39,574 bases of DNA from Oscillospiraceae bacterium (GTDB taxonomy: Bacteria > Bacillota > Clostridia > Oscillospirales > Acutalibacteraceae): positions 1 through 39,574 of the forward strand of contig JAFLUK010000002.1 of assembly GCA_022508865.1 (NCBI GenBank), in the 5' to 3' direction. Below are positions 1 to 9,427 of this stretch, piece after piece. Within the stretch, counting starts at the first letter, position 1; each line of letters opens with the position of its first letter. The notes beneath the pieces are model-generated. The model worked only from the letters and a program-made list of their open reading frames with translations. It was not told the DNA's origin and searched no databases. The translations under genes and the position numbers were made by a program.

Positions 1-1
1 A

Positions 2-682
2 GTTGTTGGTATGGTAAACGGTATGCTGGACGAGCTGAACATTACAGTTCCTGTAGCACTTCACCTTGACCACGGCTCATATGAGGGCGCAAAGGCTTGT
101 ATCGAAGCAGGCTTCTCATCAGTTATGTTTGACGGCTCACATTATCCAATTGAAGAAAACGTTGCAAAGACAACAGAGCTTGTTGGCATCTGTAACGACC
201 TTAACCTCTCTATTGAAGCAGAGGTTGGCTCAATCGGCGGCGAAGAAGACGGCGTTGTTGGTGCAGGCGAATGTGCAGATCCTGACGAATGTAAAATGAT
301 TGCTGATCTTGGTGTAACAATGCTTGCAGCAGGTATTGGTAACATTCACGGCAAATATCCTGAAAACTGGGCAGGTCTTTCATTTGATACTCTTGATGCT
401 GTTCAGCAGAAGACAGGCGATATGCCATTGGTTCTCCACGGCGGTACAGGTATCCCTGCTGATATGATTAAGAAGGCAATTTCTCTGGGCGTTTCCAAAA
501 TTAATGTTAACACAGAGTGCCAGTTAGCTTTTGCAGAGGCTACAAGAAAGTATATCGAAGATGGCAAGGACCTTCAGGGCAAGGGCTTTGACCCAAGAAA
601 ACTTCTTGCACCGGGCGCAGAAGCAATTAAGGCTACTGTTAAGGAAAAGATGGAACTCTTTGGTTCAGTAGGCAAGGCTTAA
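2..682 (+). CDS. fba: Class II fructose-1,6-bisphosphate aldolase, 5' end outside window
   Basis: VALHLDHG, VMFDGSH, EAEVGSIGGEED, GNIHG, LVLHGGTG and KINVNTE motifs; frame is open from the window start. Confidence 0.96.
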   Translation, partial: VVGMVNGMLDELNITVPVALHLDHGSYEGAKACIEAGFSSVMFDGSHYPIEENVAKTTELVGICNDLNLSIEAEVGSIGGEEDGVVGAGECADPDECKMIADLGVTMLAAGIGNIHGKYPENWAGLSFDTLDAVQQKTGDMPLVLHGGTGIPADMIKKAISLGVSKINVNTECQLAFAEATRKYIEDGKDLQGKGFDPRKLLAPGAEAIKATVKEKMELFGSVGKA

Positions 683-706
683 TTTTACAATAATTAATAA
701 GAACAC

Positions 707-746
707 TAACGGTCGTCTGGAAAATTACAGACGGCCGTTAACTTTA
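707..746 (+). terminator. Probable intrinsic terminator of fba
   Basis: 13-bp stem TAACGGTCGTCTG / CAGACGGCCGTTA (one G-U on +); short T tail. Confidence 0.7.
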
Positions 747-823
747 TGCTAAACAAACTAAACATAAAAAGAAAATATAAACACATAATAAAAACAGAAG
801 GATTAGTTTTAAGGAGCTGTGCA

Positions 824-2464
824 ATGACTATCTTTTCTGTTTTTATTTTTTTGGGCGGACTTGCGTTTTTTCTGTTTGGAATGAAGCTTATGGGTAACAG
901 TCTGGAAAAGCTGTCGGGGGGAAAAATGGAGAAAACCCTTGGCAAGCTTACAAACAATTTGTTGAAGGGTGTACTTTTGGGTGCAGGTGTAACCGCTCTG
1001 ATACAGTCCAGCTCTGCCACCACGGTTATGGTGGTAGGCTTTGTAAATTCCGGAATAATGAACCTTCAGCAGGCTGTGGGTGTTATTATGGGCGCAAATG
1101 TAGGCACCACCGCCACAAGCTGGATTTTAAGCCTTGTGGGCGTATCGGGTGATAATCTTATTCTCAATTTATTAAAGCCATCCAATTTTTCGCCCCTTGT
1201 TGCCTTTATCGGGGTGTTGATGACAATGCTCTGCAAAAGGGCTAAACCAAAGGAATTGGGTTATATATTCTTCGGTTTTGGAATACTTATGTATGGAATG
1301 ACTATGATGAGCAGCTCTGTTGAGCCTTTGGCAGAGGAAAATTGGTTTAAGAATTTGTTTACCATATTTACAAACCCTGTGCTGGGACTTATTGCAGGGG
1401 CAATTCTTACAGCGGTTATGCAGAGCAGTACGGCCTCTGTTGGCGTGCTTCAGGCAGTTTCCGCCACAGGTATTATCACCTTTGGAAGCGCATTTCCTAT
1501 TGTTCTGGGACAGAATATCGGCACCTGTATTACTACTCTTTTCTCTTGTATAGGCGCTAAAAAAAATGCAAAAAGGGCTGCATTTATCCATCTTTATTTT
1601 AACATCATCGGCGCAGCATTGTTGTTGATTTTGTACTACGGACTGATTTCTGCCTTTAATGTAGATACATCACTGATACCTGTAAATACAGTTACAATAG
1701 CGCTTATTCATACAGCTTTTAATTTGGTTTCTGTGGTATTTCTTTTGCCCTTTAACAAGCTTCTTGTCAGATTTGCCGAGCTTACAATCAAAGAGAGCAC
1801 GGAACTTCCCGAAGTGTATATTGACGAAAGATTTCTTGCCACACCTGCTGTGGCTGTGGCAAGATGCCATGGTGTTACAAGGGATATGATGAGCCTTGCC
1901 GAAAAAATGATACAAATGGCATTTGGTACAATTGATGAAAAAACCTATGAAGATGTTAAGGAAATGGAAAGAAAGACAGATGTGTATGAGGATACCCTCA
2001 ACAGTTATCTGATAAATCTGTCTAATAAAAACCTTAATCCAAGGGATAACAGGTCTGTTACAGCTATGTTTCATCATTCTAGTGATATTGAAAGAATTGC
2101 AGACTATGGGATGAGCATTGCAAAGCTTGTAAATGAAAAAAATAATAATCAGGTGGATTTTTCTCCGGAGGGAAACAGGGAAATAGAGGAAATCAAAAAA
2201 ATTGTGTTGGAAATGCTCAAGGAAACAAGTCTGGTGCTTGCAGATAAACCTCTCTTTTACACTGGAAAGATAAACGCAATGGAAAAGAAGATAAAGGAAC
2301 TGAGGCAAAAAAGCAGAACAAACCATGTGCAAAGGCTAAAGGAGAAAAAATGCAGTAAAAATTCAGGCATATACTTTGTAGATTATCTTACCTTTTTGGA
2401 GAGAATTTCGGCGATTTGCGTAAATATATGCAGTAATGCATCAGAAAAAACAGTGGCATTATAA
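824..2464 (+). CDS. Na+/Pi cotransporter family protein with C-terminal PhoU-like region
   Basis: Duplicated QSSSATT/QSSTAS and GANVGTT/GQNIGT motifs, many TM helices, DIERIAD PhoU-like helix; start set at ATG 824 behind AAGGAG. Confidence 0.92.
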   Translation: MTIFSVFIFLGGLAFFLFGMKLMGNSLEKLSGGKMEKTLGKLTNNLLKGVLLGAGVTALIQSSSATTVMVVGFVNSGIMNLQQAVGVIMGANVGTTATSWILSLVGVSGDNLILNLLKPSNFSPLVAFIGVLMTMLCKRAKPKELGYIFFGFGILMYGMTMMSSSVEPLAEENWFKNLFTIFTNPVLGLIAGAILTAVMQSSTASVGVLQAVSATGIITFGSAFPIVLGQNIGTCITTLFSCIGAKKNAKRAAFIHLYFNIIGAALLLILYYGLISAFNVDTSLIPVNTVTIALIHTAFNLVSVVFLLPFNKLLVRFAELTIKESTELPEVYIDERFLATPAVAVARCHGVTRDMMSLAEKMIQMAFGTIDEKTYEDVKEMERKTDVYEDTLNSYLINLSNKNLNPRDNRSVTAMFHHSSDIERIADYGMSIAKLVNEKNNNQVDFSPEGNREIEEIKKIVLEMLKETSLVLADKPLFYTGKINAMEKKIKELRQKSRTNHVQRLKEKKCSKNSGIYFVDYLTFLERISAICVNICSNASEKTVAL

Positions 2465-2568
2465 TGAAATTTATAAATAATAAAAGGGTTGATTAAACCA
2501 AATGATTTATAAATCAAACAATCTTAATTTGTATAAAATAATATAAAAATCAGTCTAATTATTAGTAG

Positions 2569-2597
2569 TTGAAAAAACATTAAAAATGTTGTATAAT
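2569..2597 (+). promoter_or_regulatory. sigma-A promoter of GH13 gene
   Basis: TTGAAA-17 bp-TATAAT. Confidence 0.7.
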
Positions 2598-2651
2598 GGA
2601 GCCTGTATGAGTAAAACGCAAAAAATCAAATTTGCAAATCAGGAGGTAAAA

Positions 2652-4514
2652 ATGGTTGCTCCATTTGATTCAAGAGATGAACATTATCGTTCTCCCTTTG
2701 GTGCGGTAGAACAAGGAACAAACATACATCTTACTATTCGAGTTCCCAGAGATTTGCATTGCTCCTATGCAGAGCTTGCAGTAAAATATGACTATTCCTA
2801 CAATTGGCAATATCACAAAATGTACTGGTACGGTATGCATAATGATGAGTATGATAAGTGGGAATGTGACTTTAAACCGGAGGACATTGGTCTTTACTGG
2901 TACGGTTTCAGACTTAGAACTCAATATGGTGACAGATACATCAATCCTACCGATGTAGATACAAAGAGTTGTATTGCAGAGTCTCCCGGAAGAGCATGGC
3001 AGATTACCTGTTACAAAAAAGGCTTTACCACTCCTTCATGGCCTGTCGGCGGTGTTATGTATCAGATTTTTCCCGACAGATTTTGCTTTAGCGGAGAAAA
3101 AAAGGATATCAATAGAAATGATATTACAATAATGGACGATTGGTATGGTTTACCCCAGTGGTGGCCTAATGAGAATGGGGAAATCACAAACACTGACTTT
3201 TTCCAGGGTGACCTTAAGGGTATCACACAAAAGCTCTCTTATCTTAAAAAGCTGGGTGTTACCTGCATTTACCTGAATCCTATTTCAAAGGCATACAGTA
3301 ACCACAGATATGATACAGGAGATTACAGCGAGGTTGACCCTATGCTGGGTACGGAAGAGGACTTTGTAACCCTGTGCAAAGAGGCTTCAAAGCTGGGTAT
3401 ACACATTATAAATGACGGTGTATATTCTCATACAGGCAGTGACTCAAAGTATTTTAACCGCAGTGGCAACTATGGCAACGGCGGTGCATACAGAGATAAA
3501 AATTCTCCATACTACAGCTGGTACAAATTCAACGAATGGCCAAACAACTACAATAGCTGGTGGGGTTTTTATACACTTCCGGAGGTTCACGAGGAGGACC
3601 CTAACTTTAACGAATATATCAATGGCGAAAACGGCATTGTAAGAAAATGGATGAGACTTGGTAATTCAGGCTGGAGACTTGACGTTGCAGATGAGCTTCC
3701 GGACGGATTCCTTGAAAATCTCCGAAAAGCTGTTAAGGCAGAAAATCCACAGGGTCTTGTAATTGGTGAAGTTTGGGAAGATGCTTCCAATAAAGAGAGC
3801 TACGGCGCAAGAAGAAAGTTCCTTCTTGGTGATCAGCTTGACTCTGTTATGAACTATGTTTTCAGAAATGCTATTCTGGATTTTTGTAGAGGAACAGACG
3901 CAAAGTATGTTATGGATACTATTCTCAGCGTGCTGGAAAATTATCCAAAGCCTGTTATCAGGGTGCTTATGAATTTGCTTTCTACCCACGATACAGAGAG
4001 AATTCTTACTATGATTGCAGGTGAGCCCCTTAACGGCAGAGACAGAAAGTGGCAGGCGGAGCACAAGCTGAACAAGGAGCAGAGGGAAAGAGGTCTTACC
4101 CTTATGCGTATTGCAACAGGTATTCAGTATACACTCCCCGGTTTCCCCTGTGTTTACTATGGTGACGAAGCAGGTATGGAGGGCTACAGAGATCCATTTA
4201 ACCGCTGTGGTTATCCTTGGGGTAATGAGGATCAGGATTTAATTCAGTGGCACACACAGCTTGGTGAAATGCGGCAGACAGTTTCCGCACTTTGGGATGG
4301 CGACTTCCGTCCTGTTTATGCCAAGGGCAACGTGCTTTCTTACCTGAGATATGATAAGGAAAGCGGAATTTACTGTGCTTTTAACACAGGTGACGTTGAT
4401 GTTATTATGGATATTCCTGCTGCTCTCTATGACAGCAAGCCCCTTATGGGTACAGAGATTATTAACGACAGAGTCGTTGTTCCTGCAAAGGGCACTGCAT
4501 TTATTGCAATGTAA
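2652..4514 (+). CDS. Glycoside hydrolase family 13 (neopullulanase/cyclomaltodextrinase-like), cytoplasmic
   Basis: YQIFPDRF, GDLKGI, NHRYDT, GWRLDVADE, GEVWE, STHDTER and YYGDEAGM motifs; AGGAGG before ATG 2652; no signal peptide. Confidence 0.93.
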   Translation: MVAPFDSRDEHYRSPFGAVEQGTNIHLTIRVPRDLHCSYAELAVKYDYSYNWQYHKMYWYGMHNDEYDKWECDFKPEDIGLYWYGFRLRTQYGDRYINPTDVDTKSCIAESPGRAWQITCYKKGFTTPSWPVGGVMYQIFPDRFCFSGEKKDINRNDITIMDDWYGLPQWWPNENGEITNTDFFQGDLKGITQKLSYLKKLGVTCIYLNPISKAYSNHRYDTGDYSEVDPMLGTEEDFVTLCKEASKLGIHIINDGVYSHTGSDSKYFNRSGNYGNGGAYRDKNSPYYSWYKFNEWPNNYNSWWGFYTLPEVHEEDPNFNEYINGENGIVRKWMRLGNSGWRLDVADELPDGFLENLRKAVKAENPQGLVIGEVWEDASNKESYGARRKFLLGDQLDSVMNYVFRNAILDFCRGTDAKYVMDTILSVLENYPKPVIRVLMNLLSTHDTERILTMIAGEPLNGRDRKWQAEHKLNKEQRERGLTLMRIATGIQYTLPGFPCVYYGDEAGMEGYRDPFNRCGYPWGNEDQDLIQWHTQLGEMRQTVSALWDGDFRPVYAKGNVLSYLRYDKESGIYCAFNTGDVDVIMDIPAALYDSKPLMGTEIINDRVVVPAKGTAFIAM

Positions 4515-4531
4515 TAGAATATGATTAAGAT

Positions 4532-4609
4532 GGGGCTGCGGACAAATCTGCAGCCTTTTAAATTTTGCAAGAAAAAAACGGCTACACATGCAGCCGCTTT
4601 TTTCTTTTT
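4532..4609. terminator. Two hairpins terminating convergent GH13 and purL
   Basis: GGGGCTGCGGA/TCTGCAGCCTT+TT on +; A7-CGGCT...AGCCG-T-rich hairpin that reads CGGCTGCA/TGTAGCCG+T7 on -. Confidence 0.75.
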
Positions 4610-4649
4610 ATATTTTAGGATGTTCAAAGAAGAAAATCTCAAAATCAAA

Positions 4650-7600
4650 TTATTTAAAATATTTTACACCGGACTCAAAGAGAAGCATATCCTTTTCAAA
4701 AGGAACATTGGCATAAAGGTTGTCGCCCTTTCTTTCGCAGTGTCCCATCTTGCCAAGAACACGACCGTCAGGAGATGTAATACCCTCAATTGCACAAACA
4801 GAGCCGTTAAGGTTGTAGCGAATATCCTGACTTGGTTGTCCGTTAAGGTCAACATACTGTGTGGCAATCTGGCCGTTCTCAATAAGCTTTTTAACAGTTT
4901 CATCATTTGCAATAAATCTGCCTTCACCATGAGAAACAGGAATTGCAAAAACATCGCCTGCATTAATGCCGGAGAACCATGGAGACTTTGTGCTTGTTAC
5001 TCTGGTGTAAGCCATATGGCTGATATGTCTGCCAATGGTATTAAAGGTAAGTGTTGGAGCATCCTCTGCAATTTCTACAATCTCGCCGTTTGGAACAAGC
5101 CCCAGCTTAATAAGAGCCTGGAAACCGTTACAAATTCCAAGTGCAAGACCGTCACGATTTTTCAGCAAATCGTTAACAGCTTCACTGATAACAGGGTTCC
5201 TGAATGTGGTTGCTATAAATTTACCTGAACCGTCAGGTTCGTCACCACCCGAGAAACCGCCGGGGAACATAAGAATCTGGCTTGATTTAATAGCCTCTTG
5301 CATAGCGTCAATTGTTTCTTCAATATCTGATGGCTTAAGGTTTTTAACAATAAGAGTTTCTACCTCTGCACCTGCCTTTTCAAAGGCACGCATTGTGTCA
5401 ATTTCGCAGTTTGTGCCTGGGAAGCAAGGGATAAATACCTTTGGTTTTGCAACCTTGATTACAGGGCCTGTAGTATTTCTCTCTTTGTATAGAGGGGCAT
5501 CAATTGTAATCTCGGGTACATCTGCCTGTGTCGGAAATACCTTTTCAAGAGGAGCAGTCCACTTTGCAATTAGTTCATTAAGGGCAAGAGTTTCACCGTT
5601 AACAGTGATTTCTTCTCTGTCTGTTGTCTTACCAAGGGCATAATGAACAACAGTATCATCAAGCTTTGCACCGTCCTTAAGCTCAAGAATCAGTGAGCCT
5701 GCAAGCGGAGCAAAAAGCTCTTCTTTTGTGTATGTATAGTCCGGAGTAAACTCAAAGCCCAGCATATTACCAAAGCAAGCCTTGGCTACAGATGCGGCAC
5801 AACCACCCTCTTTTACAACAGAAGCAGAGAGAATTTCACCGTTCTCAAACAGTTTGTAAACTGATTTGTACATTTCTACCAGCTTGTCCCAATCGGGCAT
5901 AAGTGTTTCCTTATTTTCAGGAACAGGCACATAGATAACATTTGAGCCTGCCTTTTTAAATTCGGATGAAACAGTCTTGCTTGCCTTTGTCATTGCAACG
6001 GCAAAGGAAACAAGTGTTGGAGGAACGTCCAAATCCTCAAAGGAGCCTGACATTGAGTCCTTACCGCCAATTGAAGGAAGTCCCAGCTTAATCTGTGCTT
6101 CCATTGCACCGAGAAGTGCGGCGGCAGGCTTGCCCCAACGGGAAGGAACATCGTGAAGTCTTTCAAAATATTCCTGGAAGGTTAGTCTTGCTGTCAGAGG
6201 ATTTGCACCGATTGCAAGGAGCTTTGATGTGCTTTCCACAACTGCGTAAGCAGAGCCGTGGAAAGGACTCCATTTTGATGTGCCGGGAATATAACCAAAG
6301 GACATTGCAGATGCATCGTCTGTTTCGCCCTTAAGAACAGGAATTTTTGCAGCCATAGCTTCCTGTGGTGTAAGCTGTGTTTTACCGCCAAATGGCATAA
6401 TAACTGTAGCGGAGCCAATAGAAGCGTCAAATCTTTCTGCAAGACCGATTTGTGAGCAAACCTCAAGTCTTGAAAGGTTATCTTTAAATGCTTTCTTAAC
6501 ATCCTTATCTTGCAGGCATTCAGGAATATTTTCTCTATAACAATCCTCTTTTTCGGGAACAGTGATAAATGCCTCTGCAACCTGGGTAACACCGTTTGTG
6601 TTAAGGAACTCACGGCTGATGTCAACAATTGTGTCGCCGCGCCATTTCATAACAAGTCTTGGGCTTTCTGTAACAACCGCAACAGCAGTTGCCTCAAGAT
6701 TTTCCTTTAATGATTCCTGAATAAACTTATCAACATCTTTCTTGTCCAGAACAACAGCCATTCTTTCCTGTGATTCGGAAATTGCCAGCTCTGTACCGTC
6801 AAGTCCTTCGTATTTTTTAGTTACCTTGTCAAGTGAAATTGTAAGACCGTCTGCAAGCTCGCCGATTGCAACGCAAACACCGCCTGCCCCAAAGTCATTA
6901 CATCTCTTTATCATTTTAGAAACAACAGGGTTTCTGAACAAACGCTGAATTTTTCTCTCTGTAGGAGGATTACCTTTTTGTACCTCTGCGCCGCAAGTTT
7001 CGATTGATGCCTCTGTGTGTGCCTTTGATGAGCCTGTTGCACCGCCACAGCCGTCACGACCTGTTCTTCCGCCGAGGAGAACAATAACATCATCGGGAGC
7101 AGGAACTTCTCTAACAACGTTTTCCTTTGGAGAAGCGCCAATAACAGCGCCGATTTCCATTCTCTTAGCCACATACCCCTTGTCGTACAGTTCAACAACC
7201 TGACCTGTTGCAAGACCTATCTGGTTACCATAGGAAGAATAACCCTGTGCGGCACCTGTTGTAATTTTTCTTGAAGGGAGCTTGCCCTGCATTGTATCCT
7301 TAAAAGGAATTGTAGGGTCACCCGAGCCGGTAACACGCATAGCCTGATAAACATAGGAACGTCCGCTGAGCGGGTCACGAATTGCACCGCCAAGGCAGGT
7401 TGCAGCGCCGCCAAATGGTTCAATTTCTGTTGGGTGATTGTGAGTTTCATTCTTGAACTGCAACAGCCACTGTTCTGTTACACCGTCAATGGTAACAGGA
7501 ACGTTTATTGAACAAGCGTTAATTTCATCACTTTCGTCAAGGTCGGGAATTTGTCCGCGCTTTTTCAGCAGCTTCATACCCATAAGTGCCATATCCATAA

Positions 7601-8423
7601 GGCTGACATTTCTGTTTGTATCCTTGCCGTAAACCTCATCTCTTGCTTCGTAATAAGCGGCAAGGGCGTCTTCAATTGCCTTTGAAAGAGCCTTTTTCTC
7701 AATTTCAACCTTGTCAAGTCTTGTAAGGAATGTGGTGTGACGGCAGTGGTCAGACCAATATGTATCAATAACTCGAAGTTCTGTAACAGACGGGTCTCTT
7801 TTTTCTGTGTCACGGAAGTAGTCACGGCACCATTTTAAGTCCGCAAGGGTCATTGCAAATCCCATTGAACTGTAGTATTCTGCCATTTCTTCGTCGTTCC
7901 ATTCGATAAAGCCCTTGATTCTTGCAACATCTTTGGGTACATCTACGGGGATATCCAGTGTTTCGGGCTTATCAAGAGAAGCAACTCGGCTTTCTACAGG
8001 GTTAATCATATAAGCCTTGATTTTTTCTACATCTTCCTCTGTAATATCACCGCAAAGTGCTACTACCTTTGAGGACAGCACCTGTGGCTTTTCTCCTGCT
8101 GTTAAAAGCTGAACACACTGGGAAGCAGAGTCTGCTCTCTGGTCATATTGACCGGGGAGATATTCCATTGCAAAAATTTTCCAACCATCATCAACAGGAA
8201 AAATTTCTTCATAAACATTGTCTTGATTAGGTTCGGAAAAAACCGTAACCTTTGCCTTTGCAAATTCTTCATCTGTAAGACCTGCAACATCATATCTGTT
8301 GGCAAATCGCAGATTGGTAAGGGCACGCACACCAAGGTTGTGACGTAAATCCCACAAAATTTGTTTGGCCTCAATGTTGAAGCCTTCTTTCTTTTCTACA
8401 AAAATTCTTTTTACTTCTGACAT
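4650..8423 (-). CDS. purL: Phosphoribosylformylglycinamidine synthase, large fused form with C-terminal glutaminase
   Basis: WSDHCRH, KNETHNHPT, ESQERM, FPGTNC, GGFSGGD, GICNGFQ and SHGEG motifs; GGAGG before ATG 8423. Confidence 0.97.
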   Translation of the reverse strand: MSEVKRIFVEKKEGFNIEAKQILWDLRHNLGVRALTNLRFANRYDVAGLTDEEFAKAKVTVFSEPNQDNVYEEIFPVDDGWKIFAMEYLPGQYDQRADSASQCVQLLTAGEKPQVLSSKVVALCGDITEEDVEKIKAYMINPVESRVASLDKPETLDIPVDVPKDVARIKGFIEWNDEEMAEYYSSMGFAMTLADLKWCRDYFRDTEKRDPSVTELRVIDTYWSDHCRHTTFLTRLDKVEIEKKALSKAIEDALAAYYEARDEVYGKDTNRNVSLMDMALMGMKLLKKRGQIPDLDESDEINACSINVPVTIDGVTEQWLLQFKNETHNHPTEIEPFGGAATCLGGAIRDPLSGRSYVYQAMRVTGSGDPTIPFKDTMQGKLPSRKITTGAAQGYSSYGNQIGLATGQVVELYDKGYVAKRMEIGAVIGASPKENVVREVPAPDDVIVLLGGRTGRDGCGGATGSSKAHTEASIETCGAEVQKGNPPTERKIQRLFRNPVVSKMIKRCNDFGAGGVCVAIGELADGLTISLDKVTKKYEGLDGTELAISESQERMAVVLDKKDVDKFIQESLKENLEATAVAVVTESPRLVMKWRGDTIVDISREFLNTNGVTQVAEAFITVPEKEDCYRENIPECLQDKDVKKAFKDNLSRLEVCSQIGLAERFDASIGSATVIMPFGGKTQLTPQEAMAAKIPVLKGETDDASAMSFGYIPGTSKWSPFHGSAYAVVESTSKLLAIGANPLTARLTFQEYFERLHDVPSRWGKPAAALLGAMEAQIKLGLPSIGGKDSMSGSFEDLDVPPTLVSFAVAMTKASKTVSSEFKKAGSNVIYVPVPENKETLMPDWDKLVEMYKSVYKLFENGEILSASVVKEGGCAASVAKACFGNMLGFEFTPDYTYTKEELFAPLAGSLILELKDGAKLDDTVVHYALGKTTDREEITVNGETLALNELIAKWTAPLEKVFPTQADVPEITIDAPLYKERNTTGPVIKVAKPKVFIPCFPGTNCEIDTMRAFEKAGAEVETLIVKNLKPSDIEETIDAMQEAIKSSQILMFPGGFSGGDEPDGSGKFIATTFRNPVISEAVNDLLKNRDGLALGICNGFQALIKLGLVPNGEIVEIAEDAPTLTFNTIGRHISHMAYTRVTSTKSPWFSGINAGDVFAIPVSHGEGRFIANDETVKKLIENGQIATQYVDLNGQPSQDIRYNLNGSVCAIEGITSPDGRVLGKMGHCERKGDNLYANVPFEKDMLLFESGVKYFK

Positions 8424-8612
8424 CCTGATTGACCTCCATATAAGATAATCAACATATAGTGTATATTCTACCACAAGGCCACATTATTTATATTTCACTA
8501 TAGAATTATAAAAAATTTTCCCGTTTTTTATTGATGATAAGCAAAAAGCATAAGTAACTTAAAAAACAGACACTTTATTTTAAAAAAGTATAAATTAGTA
8601 TATAATTTTTAT

Positions 8613-8641
8613 TTGACGATAAGCCCAAAAATTGTTACAAT
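8613..8641 (+). promoter_or_regulatory. sigma-A promoter of ABC operon
   Basis: TTGACG-17 bp-TACAAT with extended TG. Confidence 0.7.
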
Positions 8642-8688
8642 AATAAAGTATATTTAACAAATGTCTAAATTATCGAAAGAGGATTTTT

Positions 8689-9390
8689 ATGAGCCTTATA
8701 GAGTTTAAAAATGTATATAAGCGGTATAAAATGGGTGAAATTGTTATCAATGCCGTTGACGGTATTTCATTCAAAGTAGAAGAAGGAGAATTTGCCGTTG
8801 TTGTTGGTGCCTCCGGTGCAGGAAAAACAACTGTTCTTAATATTCTCGGAGGAATGGACAGCTGTTCAGAGGGTGAGGTTATTTTTGACAACAGGGACAT
8901 CAGTAAATTTAACGAAAAAAATCTGATAGAATACAGACGGTTTGAAATAGGCTTTGTTTTTCAGTTTTATAATCTGGTGCAGAATCTTACTGCCAAGGAA
9001 AATGTGGAGCTGGCTACACAGATTTGCAAAAACCCTATGGACAGTGAAAAAGCCCTTGAATTTGTAGGTCTTACACAGCGTAAGGATAATTTTCCGTCCC
9101 AGATGTCAGGAGGAGAACAGCAGAGGGTATCAATAGCAAGAGCACTTGCCAAAAGACCAAAGCTTTTGCTTTGTGACGAGCCAACAGGTGCGCTTGACTA
9201 CAATACGGGCAGACAAATTCTGAAGCAATTGCAGGAAACCTGCCGCAATGAAAAAATGACAGTGGTGCTGATTACTCACAACGGAGCAATTACACCAATG
9301 GCGGACCATGTAATAGAGATGAAAAGCGGTAAAATTGTCCGTGATGAATATAACAAAAATCCCAAAAATGTTATGGAAATAGAGTGGTAA
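8689..9390 (+). CDS. ABC transporter ATP-binding protein (LolD/MacB-like)
   Basis: [34 protein letters not shown]. Confidence 0.95.
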   Translation: MSLIEFKNVYKRYKMGEIVINAVDGISFKVEEGEFAVVVGASGAGKTTVLNILGGMDSCSEGEVIFDNRDISKFNEKNLIEYRRFEIGFVFQFYNLVQNLTAKENVELATQICKNPMDSEKALEFVGLTQRKDNFPSQMSGGEQQRVSIARALAKRPKLLLCDEPTGALDYNTGRQILKQLQETCRNEKMTVVLITHNGAITPMADHVIEMKSGKIVRDEYNKNPKNVMEIEW

Positions 9391-9427
9391 CAAAGCTCTG
9401 AAAATTCACAAAAAGGAGGTGCTGAAA

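Noticed and set aside
746-823. N-terminal extensions in the ORF track (also starts at 2586, 8474, 15988, 24747, 26719, 30118, 36324, 36837)
   Set aside because: Downstream starts have clear RBSs and match expected family N-termini
1670-2332. 220-aa minus ORF, and similar ORFs at 18245..18856, 27925..28470 and 28881..29438
   Set aside because: Lie wholly opposite well-supported genes; composition typical of antisense frames
4521-5643. 235-aa and 202-aa plus-strand ORFs
   Set aside because: Antisense shadows of purL; no recognisable motifs, and the first runs through terminators
8424-8600. Possible purine riboswitch upstream of purL
   Set aside because: AT-rich region with no aptamer core or terminator; an extended -10 (TG-G-TAGAAT, 8465-8473) implies a very short leader
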